Source of the DNA: Vicugna vicugna | Lineage: Eukaryota | Reading direction: 5' to 3' | Assembly: GCA_013265495.1 (NCBI GenBank) | Contig: MU061579.1 | Location: 248,001-295,770 of the forward strand | DNA length: 47,770 bases | Part shown: one piece after another, positions 36,380 to 47,770 of the stretch | How the letters are laid out: each line of letters starts with the position of its first letter | Position numbering within the stretch: position 1 is the stretch's first letter | Position numbers and translations under genes: made by a program | Notes under the pieces: generated by a model | The model's database searches: none | Told to the model about the DNA's origin: nothing | Seen by the model: the letters and a program-made list of their open reading frames with translations, nothing else

Positions 36380-36614
36380 TTTTTTAGATTATTGTAATGT
36401 TTTGTATGTATTTTACTGAAGTATAGTCAGTTTACAATGTTATATCAATTTCTGGTGTACAACATAATGTTTCAGTCATACATATACATACATATATTCC
36501 TTTTCACATTCTTTTTCACTGTAGGTTACTATGAGATATTGAATATAGTTCCCTGTGCTGTACAGTATAAACTTGTTCATCTGTTTTATGTATAGTAGTT
36601 AGTATCTACAAATC
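36380..36614 (-). mobile_element. Young L1 3' end (artiodactyl/camelid type), copy 1
   Basis: ctgaagtatagtcagtttacaatgttatatcaatttctggtgtacaacat...gaatatagttccctgtgctgtacag. Confidence 0.85.
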
Positions 36615-36848
36615 TTTTTTTTTATAATTTTTTATTGAGTTATAATTAGTTTACAATGTTGTATCAATTTCTGGTGTACAGCACAATGCTTCAGTCATAC
36701 ATGAACATACATATATTTGTTTTCATATTCTTTTTCACCATAGGTTACTACAAGATACTGAATGTAGTTCCCCGTGCTATACAATATGAACTTGTTATTT
36801 ATCTACTTTATATATATTAGTTAGTATTTGCAAATCTCAGACTCCCAA
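36615..36848 (-). mobile_element. Young L1 3' end (artiodactyl/camelid type), copy 2
   Basis: Its own T-rich tail, then tttacaatgttgtatcaatttctggtgtacagcac...gaatgtagttcccgtgctataca...gcaaatctcagactcccaa. Confidence 0.85.
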
Positions 36849-39800
36849 AGGGTACCATCTCTGTTGCACATCCTGGTTCTTCCTCTGAGCACATACCCAG
36901 CACAGCAGATAAAGGGATCTAGAGTTATATGATTAGCTGTTAAGCATTTAATGACAATGGCTAAAGCATTTATTAATTTGTTTCCTTTTGTAATACAGTT
37001 AAAGAAATGCTCATGTGAGAAGGTGATGTGAAGCAGCAATTATCCTATCACTGTTCACTCTGACAGTCAAACTGAGACTACATGGTCAAAACTGAAAATA
37101 CTTGAATAGTTCATCTACCTCATTCCAAATATAGGCATGTTTAGAAAGCTCAAGAAGTTAGTGTTATTATCATTATTTTTTAATTCTAGTAAAGAAAAGT
37201 TCCTCCAGTAAAGTAAAATATGGGGCTGTCCTTAGATTCAGTTTTGATCACAGGAGGAAGAGACACTGTTCTCATTGATGAGATTGAAAGAATTAACAAG
37301 TGTGAACCAGTTCTCTCTCTCTCTGATACACCTGCTGAAGGACAGCACATACTCTCTGCATCACCTTCCTTAAAACTTTACAGGGGCAGGACCCCATGGA
37401 GAAGTCTTGTAAGTTCCCAGCACCAGTTAAAACCAGAGGGGCAAGTTCAGTTTCAGGAGGTAGCCTGAGCAAGCCCACGTGGCTAACAGAGAGAAAGAGA
37501 TTTTCTCCAATTTAGGCTTTATCAGTATTGGTGGTGCTCTTTTGATCTCCACTTATTTGATTCCTGTGTCTCTTAAGTGACTCCAACTTGAGCAGGAAAA
37601 AAAAGGGTTGCTATTTACTGTTCTCTCCTCAAGCTACAATAATAGCTTACACTTACTGATGCTTCATTTATTTGAATTTTATAAATTTATATTACTCATA
37701 AACTCCACGGAATTATGAGTCAGTGTTTCACAAACACTTAATTATTTACCTCTACAGCAAAGTTATAGTTTTCATTATATTTTAATAGCTTTATTAACTT
37801 TTCATTACTTAGATAAAATTGAACATTAATAAAATCTCAAACAATGATCATAGATAGGAAACTTAAGTGACAACAAGCTACAAGAAATGCAGAAGAAATT
37901 AACTTAAATAAATCTAAATTTACTGAAAGATTTGGAAGCCAGGAGTATGAATTGCTTTTTTATGTGTTTTAATTAGGTCCACTTCCAGGAAATCACAGTA
38001 CTACTAGATTTTTAATAGAAAGAATTCCAAGGTTTTCAATCTTTGAATATTATTGGAAAATTTCCATTTTTTCCCAATTTTCCTAGAACAGCTTAGAATC
38101 ATTATCCTGACATTTCCCAGATTTTTTTTTGTAAATTCAGTCATATAGACAAAGTTTCTGCTACATAACATTTTAGTGCCAGAATGTATCTGGGTACAAA
38201 CCAGTTTCAAAGATCTTTAATATGTCTTTGTTCGATTCATTGATAAATTAATCATCAGGAAGTGAAATGATTTCTTTTACCCACAGCCACTATTTACCGC
38301 TCTTCCTCAAGAACATTTATTTAGGGTATGTATCTTGGTTTTCCATTTTTTTTCAGCCTTTGTATTGTATTTATCACACTTTATTTTACTTTTAAACTAA
38401 TCCTTGCTGCCATCCTCCCAAAAAAATCGGGAAACAGTGAGAGAGAAAAGAGGAGTTTTCAGATTCCCTTGACTCCCTGGTGTATTTTTCGTCCTTCAGA
38501 TATAAAGTGATACATTATCTGTAGGCCAAGTGCTTTGAGTTCATTTTCTATTTATGAAAATCCAAGCATGCAAATATCCCTGTGCTCTCAGAAATGCAAG
38601 CTCAATTTAAGCTATGTCACTGAGGAACAAAGGCAATTAAATTAGCCTTCCCTGTTCTCCTTGATGGCTTTCTCCTGACCATACCACTTCACTGATGATT
38701 TGTCTCAAAAATCATGTCAAGAGAGCTCAAGATCAAACTCCTTTGGTACTCACCATCATGAATAAACTCACTTCATCTCTGGAAGAAAATGTCTTGGGTA
38801 GGACGGACTTATTTATGTTCCACTCCGATGAAAACTTTCCTCGGGAGCCCTGGACCATCTTCATTAGCACTGATGTACTCTCACTCCAGACTTAAACTTT
38901 CATTTCCACTTTAAATGTGATGGAGGTGACCTTCTCTTTGGAAAGATAGTGATTAGAACAACTAAACACGCTTAATATCACCTTCAGTTTTCTTTCGCTG
39001 ATGCTCATCCTTCTCCACCGTAAGACATTCGAACTGTCAAAGGATCTTAGCAAAGAGAATAGATAACATGGCCGCGTCATTTCTTGACTAACATGCAACC
39101 ATTTAGTTACTAATACAGTTTCAGGCAATGCCCTGAATGGGAAGTTACTGAACTAGAATTGGGGAATGGTATCTAAGCTCTCCAGTTAATGTAGTAAACA
39201 AGTGGAGGAATGCAGTTTTAAAAATCCAGAATGTTAATCGTGAATAATCTTAGAATTCTATTCTGAGTGCTTTGTCTTAGAAAGGCTTATTGTTCAGGTC
39301 TGTGTAGACAATTTTATATAGCCAGTACAGACCAAAATGCTTCATCCTAACAGCATTTGTTGATTTATGTAACATTTTTCAGGTGAAAGATTTTTTTTTA
39401 TCTTTTCTAAATATTTTGATAAAATAGCTTCATTCCATATCCCAGTAGTCTGAGAGTACTTGTCTTCTCTGATGTCTGAGAAGCAATTATAAAATATGAA
39501 AAATGTGATCAAACCCATCAAGACATACCCCTTCATTGCAAAACCAGGCAAATGCACACGGATCAGATAAGCATACTGCTATTATTCTGGTAGATTTATG
39601 TTTGAAAAACTGGTTACTTTTATCATATGGGTTTATGTGATTCTTTTTTTCATTTTAAGAATAACAGATGTAATGACTTTTGGATGATAATGAAAAGCCA
39701 TCGTTCATGCTGAGAATCCATATTCATACAATGGAAAAAAAATGTGAATGAAATTCTAAGCATTGCTTTGAGTTGAATCAAAGAATGCTAAAATGCTTCA

Positions 39801-42356
39801 CTGTCACTTTTTTAAAACCTTTTTGAGCCAACCTGTGCAAAATAGCAGGAAGATATGTCAACCTAGAGACACTGTCCATCAGACTATGGCATAGTACAAG
39901 TATCTGGTAAATATATTAGAGCCCCGTGGGGAATCACTTGGGGCATTGACACTTTATATTTTGGCACTTATGCTAAAGGTAAAATGTTAAATGAAACTCA
40001 TGCAGGTATCCATATATTTCTTGCAAGACCTGAATTATCTGGGGAATGATGAAGCTGAATGACCAAGAGAGCAGTAGTAGGTATTTAATGAATCTTCTCT
40101 ACAGGATTACACTAGTCTTGGACCTCTTCTCCCTTTCTTGCTCAAAGGGGCCATTCCTAGGGATACCAGGAATGGCTGACAGTTCTGCTAACTGTACACA
40201 GTTGGAGAAGGAACATCGCTAAATTCTTCTGCCCTGTCTTCTAAGAGTTCATTCTTTCAAGCAGCAGTGTTAGCAATTCACTTCAGTTTTGAGGAAATCC
40301 GTTTTTGTTACCGGACTACCCCGTTCTCAGAAATCCCTTTAGATTGTCAATAGGAAAGGCCCATTTGGGGTTCAGTCAATGCGTAAAGGAGGTTTTTCAG
40401 TCAGGAGATTCTTACCTTTCAACAGAGCTACTGTCCCACCTCTCTTTTCCCAGGCAATTCCCGGGCTCTCTCTTACAGTTGTATTGTTTGAAAACCATTA
40501 CCCCTCAGTAATGGTATGAGGACTGTGATCTGAAACTTGACTGTAACCATTTCAAAGTGCTAATGTTAGTGGTAATGCCCCCTCAGTGACTAAAGGAACA
40601 CCAACTGAATTGAAATGTTCTCTTGTTAATGGGAAAAAAAAAAAAAAACCACTCTACAGCTCCAGGGAGAATGAGCAACAATGACTCTTACGATGGCGAG
40701 AACAGCAGGGAGCTCTCCTGTACATACCAGTTGAAAAAATCATATCTTGGTCATATTGGGGATGAATTTCTATTAAGGGGTGATTTGGGTCTCTATGCTA
40801 TATACTTTTGGACTCTCAAGAGGAATGAAAATACCTCCCTGGGAAACCTAGGTGCCATTAAGTAAAAGACATTTAAATGGCCAGGGTACAAATATGACAC
40901 ATTTCCTAATATGTCAGAACAGAATCAGAATTTGACATTAACCTCCAAAAGGCATTAATTCAGAAACCCACTTTTAATCAACTTGGCTATCTCCATATGT
41001 CTGTTTTTATATGTTTTGCCTGTTACCCTAATTTAGAGTCATTTTGACAAAGGTGCTGTTTTGGGTTTCCATTTCTGGTCCCTCTCTATGCCTTTGTATT
41101 TTCTGTCTTTTTAATTTCAATTGTAATCGAAACCAGATATGAGAATAAGTATAACAGATTGTGCCTTGTACACAACTGGAATTCAACAAGTGCTGACTGT
41201 TTCTTACAAATACATGTCATATCATTCTTGTGATTAATTGTGATCTCACAATTACAATAGTAGCTTATTTGACTTTAGATCAAAAATCAGTATTCTGGAG
41301 GGATCAGATCACTTGCTAGAGTGGCATCAATGCTTTAGGTATTCAGCTAATATTAATTGATGATGATGGAGATATTAATGAATAGTAAAAGATGCCACTG
41401 GCTAAAAAGGAGCAGATAATATCTTTTAACTTCAATTTTAGATTTTTTATAATAATAAATGATATGCAACTGTTATCTACTTGAGAAAGGAAAAAGTCTG
41501 CTCTAGCCAACTTCCTTTTGTGAAAAATATTCATTCTTAGGTACAAAAAGTCATCTCAAAACTGAGAGATCTATCTCTTACTGAAAAATCTCTTCCAAAA
41601 ATTTTTACCAGTCTAATTCTGTAATAAGTCAGCTTTTAAATTGCATTGTCAAGAGGGTGAATTTCTGCACATACATTAAGTTGTAGCATTAAGTTCAGTC
41701 ACCATTTTTTTAAATCAATAGTTTACAAGGCTTGCACCAACTTTCCAACTTTCAAAAAAGTATGTAGATAAACTTCCTCATTTTTATTTATACGGTCTTG
41801 GAAGAAATAATTGCTGAGTTATAAGACCCACAATAGCTGTGTTTCAGATTTATAGTCCATGCATATATCTTTCAGAATGCAGAACACCTGCACAGTATGA
41901 TACGCGCTTTGGGCATGCATCAAAAAGAATTTCCAAATTTTATATTGGCATGTGGAAGAAGAGGGTGGATTATCAGTGATATTGAGATATTAATTATTCA
42001 GTTTTACTGCCATGTGTTATGAATAATGTATTTAACATTCAGCAGTAGAACAGTGGTTCCTATCAGCATGCAGTACTCTATAAACATGTATAGGAACATC
42101 GGGGCATTCGTAATGTAATTAATTGGTCCTGGTTCTTAGCATGAAGACTTCGTCTTCATCAAGACTGGTAGGACAGGCCTCTGTTTTCATATGACTCTGG
42201 TGTTGGCCCAGCAAGTAGCACGAGATAGAGTAAAGTCAACAAGGCACAGTGGATTAATTCTGTTGGGAGAGAGAGCTTAGAAAAGTTTTGAACTGTGATC
42301 TGTGGAGAAAATGAATTTTCTCTCCTTGTTCCTTTTTTTCTCTCTTAGTTTCTTTT

Positions 42357-42943
42357 TTGTTTTAACATTCTGACTTTTTACCTATAGAGGTTTGCCAGCA
42401 TTTAATTAGCATCAGAAAATAAGATTACAGTGGTTACAAGCTCAGATTCTGGGGCAACTCAGCTTTTTCCAAATCAGACTCTAAGATCCAGGAATCTTTA
42501 TTTCTCTAATAATTTTTTTACTTGAAGAAATGGTGAAAGTAATACCTAAACTAATAGGTTGATATGAGGACTAGGTAAAATTAGATAGAAAGAGATACAA
42601 CTAGACAGAATTATTTAATTCTTGAGAACAAAATATTGATGAAAACTACTTGTTTTAACATTCTGACTTTTTACCTATCGAGGTTTGCCAGCATTTAATT
42701 AGCATCAGAAAATAAGATTATAGTGGTTACAAGCTCAGATTCTGGGGCAACTCAGAGCTTTTTCCAAATCAGACTCTAAGATCCAGGAATCTTTATTTCT
42801 CTAATAATTTTTTTACTTGAAGAAATGGTGAAAATAATACCTAAACTAATAGGTTGATATGAGGACTAGGTAAAATCAGATAGAAAGAGATACAATTAGA
42901 CAGAATTATTTAATTCTTGAGAACAAAATATTGATGAAAACTA
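42357..42943. repeat. Tandem duplication, two copies of about 293 bp, containing a degraded MIR
   Basis: ttgttttaacattctgactttttacctat...ttgatgaaaacta starts at both 42357 and 42650. Confidence 0.97.
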
Positions 42944-43169
42944 TTATTGTTATTATTATTATTGAAAATGAACCTAATTTTTATATTGGATGCTGGATAA
43001 TGAGAACACCTGAGGATAAAATATTACTTAAAAATAAGAAAAAAAAACACAATTAGGGATTAAAAAATAAACTCAAAATTAAATAAGAGTGAATTCAAAT
43101 TTATTAAAAATCTGTGAATATATGATGAGATAAACTATGTTTTCTGCCTTGGCTAGTTAGCATGAACAT

Positions 43170-45400
43170 CGTAAGAAAGATGGCTGAGGAGAAAGCTCAC
43201 ATTTCATGCAAAGAAAACACAAAGCCATTTATGACTCCCTCCTCAGAACTCAATGCTGGGAAAGTTAAAGGCAGGAAGGAAACATGGACTCCAAGAACTA
43301 ATCAGTCAAGCAAACAATAACAATAAAATATGAGTAACAAGCAGCAGGACAATTAAGACAATCATAGGAAGACGGAGTGTTGTCTAGGACCCGGGTGCTT
43401 AGGCATGCGGGGCTGCAGTCTGGACAGGAAGGCAGCTGGAGCCTGCAGGGAGGAGACGGCTGGGAGAGCGTGTTTTAGGCTTTGTTCCCGCCTTAGCTCC
43501 TGCTAGCCTTATTTCATTAGAATGAAACAAAACCCCACAACAATTGCCAAAGCCATCTGTGGTCATGTCCTTGGATTATATCTGTGCATTGACAAACGCG
43601 GGAGTTGACAAAAATGGGTGAAAATTGAGTAACCCTTGGGCATTATTACTTCAACCCCGAACATAAAATATTCCTTTTGGACTGACAGAAAATGGAAATA
43701 ATCAAACTGGCTACAATTGTCACTATTAAAAAAAGAAGGGATCTGACTTGAAGCCTTATTCAACCCATATTAGCAGGCCATGTCTGATAACCTGAAGGCA
43801 GTGTAAGCTCACAGACCAAAAACTAGATATCTGAGGAAGACACACACCATAACAGTGATTGGCCGACAGAAAGATTTGAAGCAGTTACTGCCAACAGACA
43901 GGTCAAAATTTTTTAAAGAAAATAAAGATGTTAGCAATAAAAATAAATAATTTGAGATGTTACGTATGAAAAAGGTAATGGTTGAAATAAAGACAAAGTA
44001 GATGGGGCTCTTAATAGGATACAGTAAAGAAGAAATCAGTGGATTGGGATGTCAGATTGAAGATCGCTCAGATAACTTAAGGAAGGGATAGCGTTGGAAA
44101 ATATATAAGGAAGCATAAGGCATATAAGATCACACTATAAAAATTAACAGCATTTTTCTATACCAGAGATAAATGACTAAGACGTACCACAAAGCCTTAG
44201 TAATAAAAACAGTGTCGTTTAAATAAATGGCTTTGCTTAAAGGATATCGAGATGGAACCATATGTGTGGGGACATACAATGCCATAAGTATGTGACTGCA
44301 AATCAAAAAGACAAGGGCAGGTTTTTCAGTCTATAAAAATTGGCTCACGATATGGAAAAAAAAATAAAAAATCTGAAACTCTACCTTTACGTGACATCAG
44401 GTAGCTCCTATTTAATTAATTATCTAAAAGTGAAAGATAAAGCTATAAAGTTAGAAGAAGAAAATGTGAAAAATATTTCTTGCCTAGGGAGAAGGAAGTC
44501 TTAGGCAAAACTTCTCACCAATGAAGGCTTTTTGAAAAGAATCAACTGAATCATATCACAAGTAACAGCTTCTGTCAGTGAAAAACACTACAGACAAAAT
44601 TATTAGAAGAATGCTAGAACGGGAGAAAATATATGCTTTTCAAAAACTGTCAGTGATTGAATACTCTTTCCCCTCAAAATTAAGGGGGGTCTTGTCAATC
44701 AACAAGAATTATATAGAAGTTCCAAGGAACACATGAGCAAAGGTTATAAACCATAATTACAGAGGAGAAATACTAACGTGCTAATAAGGTATAAAGAGAG
44801 GCACATTGTCATTAGAAATCAGAAACGTGGCAATGCAAGTAACAATGAGATATTAGCATATACCTATTTCTCTGGCAAAACTTTAAAAGCTGGACGATTC
44901 TAAGTACGCTTGTGGCTCTTGGCACAGCAGCTCTCAAGCATGGGTGGTGGCTCTGTAACCTGTGAAATCTATTCTACATGGCACCCTACCAGGACCAAAG
45001 TACTCAAATGCATACATTTTATCCCAGCAGTTCTGCTCCTGGGAGTTCATCACGTAGAATTCCTTACACTGGTCCACAAGGGGGCGTTTACTAAGATGTT
45101 CAGTACCCTGTCCTGAGTGGTAGTGAAGAATTACAGTCGACATACCCATTGCTTGGACAGCAGAGGGAGAAATGTGGATGCACATCCTACAGCAGAGGAA
45201 GGAGTAAACACACATAACAGAGCATGGCTGAACCTTATAAATACAGCTCTGAGTTAAATACATACATAATACAGGGGGTACAATGCACAAGATCACTTTG
45301 GTAAATTTTAAAAATACTTGCATACAATCAGTATATATTTTAAAAGAACACATAAAGGGGCATAATAAAGAAGAAAATTTTTATGTCTGGGGAGATTAAA
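43170..45400 (+). mobile_element. Ancient L1 (L1ME-like): putative 5' region, ORF1 remnant, internally deleted ORF2 and 3' end
   Basis: ORF1-like A-rich text at ~43930-44125; ORF2-like aaaattaacagcatttttctatacc, caaagccttagtaataaaaacagtg, ttatcccagcagttctgctcctgggag; the 5' boundary is uncertain. Confidence 0.7.
45071..45089 (+). promoter_or_regulatory. Candidate CTCF motif
   Basis: GGTCCACAAGGGGGCGTTT against the core consensus CCASYAGRKGGCRS: 12 of 14 core positions match and the CpG is intact. Confidence 0.4.
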
Positions 45401-45411
45401 ATATCTTGGAA

Positions 45412-45540
45412 ATAAAGGAAGAAAGCTAGGGAGTAAGGGATGGGGGTGGAAGGAAGAGAGGGAAGAGGGGAAGAAGGGAGGAAGAAAGGGCCTAATGAAG
45501 GGAAAGTGGGAAGGAGGGAGGAGGAAAGGAAGAGAGGAAA
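45412..45540. repeat. Polypurine / G-rich tract
   Basis: 43 uninterrupted purines at 45448-45490; several GGG runs. Confidence 0.9.
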
Positions 45541-45671
45541 TGTGAATGGACCAATAATGTTAAGGTACCATGAGTAATATGATTAAGTCATTCTCTTAAT
45601 TTGAAGGGTTTTTTTTTTTTCAAAGGGACCAGTAATTTGTGAGAGAACGTCTCTCTCTTCAAGGAAGAATG

Positions 45672-45694
45672 CACACACACACACACACACACAC
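45672..45694. repeat. (CA)11 microsatellite
   Basis: Read directly from the sequence. Confidence 0.95.
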
Positions 45695-46162
45695 GTGTCC
45701 CATTTTGTACAAATATGTCCCAGAGTTACACACAGTCAAACAAAATAATAAAATAGAAAAAGATGGAATCATGCATTTTCTTGCTGAAATCCGTGACTCA
45801 AAAGTTTTGGTATAATTTATACAGCTAATATCATGGTGTCTGACGAACTATGAACATTCAGCACAACATTCATTAAGTAAATGATTGAAGCTATAATTGG
45901 TTTAAAATAAAAGTAAAAAGTTTATTCATTTATACTTTTGAAAAGAATTAACACCTCAACATCTACAGCCGTGACCGAGGTTTGTATGCCTATAGCCCAA
46001 GCGGTGGGTGGGTAAGACTCCTGCCAGGCCCCTTGGTGTGTGGTGCTGGTTGCAGAACCAAAGCCAAACAGGGCTGTAGCAGAGTCCTCAGGGGTACAGA
46101 GCTGTTTCCATGTCTTACAGCCGGGACCACGGTCAGGGAGGCTTTGACCTCAAAGAGTCAGC

Positions 46163-46313
46163 TTCTAGCTTTTGTGGGTTTTTGTTTGTTTTGTTTTTTT
46201 GGTTATTTATTTATTTAATTGAAGTATGGTCAGTTACAGTATGTCAGTTTCTGGTGTACAGCACAATGTCCCAGTTATGCATATACACATATATTCCATA
46301 TATTCTAGCTTTT
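46163..46313 (-). mobile_element. Very short young L1 3' end with an 11-bp TSD
   Basis: Same family as the 36.4-36.8 kb copies; perfect TSD ttctagctttt at 46163-46173 and 46303-46313. Confidence 0.9.
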
Positions 46314-46344
46314 ATCTTAATTTTGACTTTTTGGTTTCCCATCT

Positions 46345-47318
46345 CATGATCTGCAAAGAACAAATTGATGAATAATTCGTCAAATTTAAGATTTCTTCTC
46401 TCTGAGAAACACTGATAAGAATGAAAGTACAATCCATGTGTCAAGAGGAAGTATTTGGACAGCGTGTATCTGATTAAGGCCTTGTAATCAGTGTACATAA
46501 AGAACTCTCAAAAACTCAGCAGTGGCACAACAGCAAAAAATTATTTTTAAAATGTGAAAAGAAATGGATACTTTACCAAAGGAAATATATGGATGGCAAG
46601 GAAGGATATGAGAAGATTTGCAATATCATCAATCATCAGGGAAATGCACAATAAGATAACCTACACATCTGTTAGAATGGCAAAAATTAAAAAAAAAAGA
46701 GTACTCATACCAAGTGTTGGTGAAGATGAAGGGACACTGGAATTCTCATATACATCTGGTGGGAATATAAAGTATTATCATTTCTAAGAAAATTTTTGCA
46801 GTTTCTTAAAGTGGTAAACACACTCATCCTGTTAATGCAACCAGATTACTTTTAGGGGTGTTAAAGCACATATCTATACTCAGCCTACACACAAATGTTC
46901 ATAGCTTCTTTATTTTTAATAAAAATTTAATTATTGCTGCATACCACAAAATACATAAATTTCAAAATCATCATGTGAGTGAAAGAAGTGCAACAGAAAA
47001 AGAGTACAAATTGTCTAGCCGCATTTATGTAAAATCCTAGAAAATGCAAACTAATCCTTCATGGCTGAAAGCAAATCATTCTCTGGGGAGGGGCGTGCAG
47101 GTGGGGTGGAAGTGTGGATAATGGGCAGAGAGGTCAGGAGGGAGGCATCACAAAGGGGAGTGTGGAAACTTTTGGGAGTGGTAGATACGTTCATTATCCT
47201 GACTTTCATGATGGGTCCATGGGTGCGGACATATGTCAAATCTTATCAAATTGTACCTTTAAATGTGTAGGTCATTGTGTGTCAATTGTACCTCAAAAAA
47301 CTCCTTTAAAAAATAAAT
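46345..47318 (+). mobile_element. LINE-1 3' end (L1MD/ME-like) with an ORF2 C-terminal remnant
   Basis: ORF 46554-46787 ...KDMRRFAISSIIREMHNK...VRMAKIKK...VGEDEGTLEFSYTSGGN matches the ORF2p C-terminus; 3' end catatgtcaaatcttatcaaattgtacctttaaat...tcaattgtacctcaa. Confidence 0.92.
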
Positions 47319-47748
47319 ACACGGAGATGATATAAAGGTGCACTAGAAAAATCATACAATACTGTCAGGCGAGATCTTCATTTAACCAGATCAGGTGCAT
47401 CTGAGTGCCACGTCTGATGTTCCTAGTGCAGGCTTGCTAAGGTACCAGTGCAGGTCAGCGTCTCCAAAGCCTGGAGCCCCCGTTAGCCATTCCCCTGCAG
47501 ACAACAGCAGGACATAAAGCTCTTGACCTGAACTGATATTTTTCTTACCTGTATATTCTCACTTCCTAAAGCCCTCAAGCCACAGGCACAGACTCTGTAT
47601 TTGATGCAAATGTGTGAGATAAGGCTCACTTTCCACAAGCAAGAAACATCTTTATTTCAACTTAATTATTTTTAAAACAATCCAATTTTAACTGTGTATC
47701 TCCTTCCTCTTTGACAGAAAATTCAAGCTTGGCCATAGGCAGCAGCAC

Positions 47749-47770
47749 AAAAAAAAAAAAAAAAAAAAAA
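47749..47770. repeat. Poly(A) run of at least 22 nt at the window edge
   Basis: Read directly from the sequence; runs off the end of the window. Confidence 0.95.

Noticed and set aside
38568..38575. Octamer ATGCAAAT as part of a B-cell enhancer
   Set aside because: The octamer occurs many times across this AT-rich window, so a single match is uninformative.
38695..38900. Frames open on both strands, with two minus-strand GTGAGT donors
   Set aside because: The peptides are unrecognised and short, and the acceptor and exon options are ambiguous. Not supportable without transcript data.
44934..45353. 139-aa minus-strand ORF
   Set aside because: Antisense to a decayed L1 3' region; no protein similarity recognised.

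Overview
AT-rich, CpG-depleted mammalian genomic DNA, intronic or intergenic. I found no protein-coding gene, RNA gene or CpG island that I can support. The ORF track is made up of chance frames and decayed LINE-1 peptides. Two tRNA-derived SINEs (28.3 kb and 35.2 kb) match the camelid Vic-1-type SINE from memory, and I saw no BovB, Bov-tA or PRE elements, so a camelid source (alpaca, llama or camel) is likely; this is an inference. Much of the window is recognisable interspersed repeat: old L1M fragments, young L1 3' ends, L2, MIR, MLT1, three ERV1-type solo LTRs, MER20, MER53 and MER102. The most notable directly visible structures are: (1) two related solo LTRs back-to-back 38 bp apart; (2) two recent tandem duplications with ~154 bp and ~293 bp units; (3) several perfect inverted repeats that look like template-switch footprints inside old repeats; (4) a CpG-retaining cluster of E-box, RBPJ, AP-1 and ETS motifs at 10.45-10.78 kb; (5) a near-consensus CTCF motif inside an old L1. 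I did not find evidence of a novel coding system. Repeat family names and boundaries come from recognition by eye and should be confirmed with RepeatMasker/Dfam.
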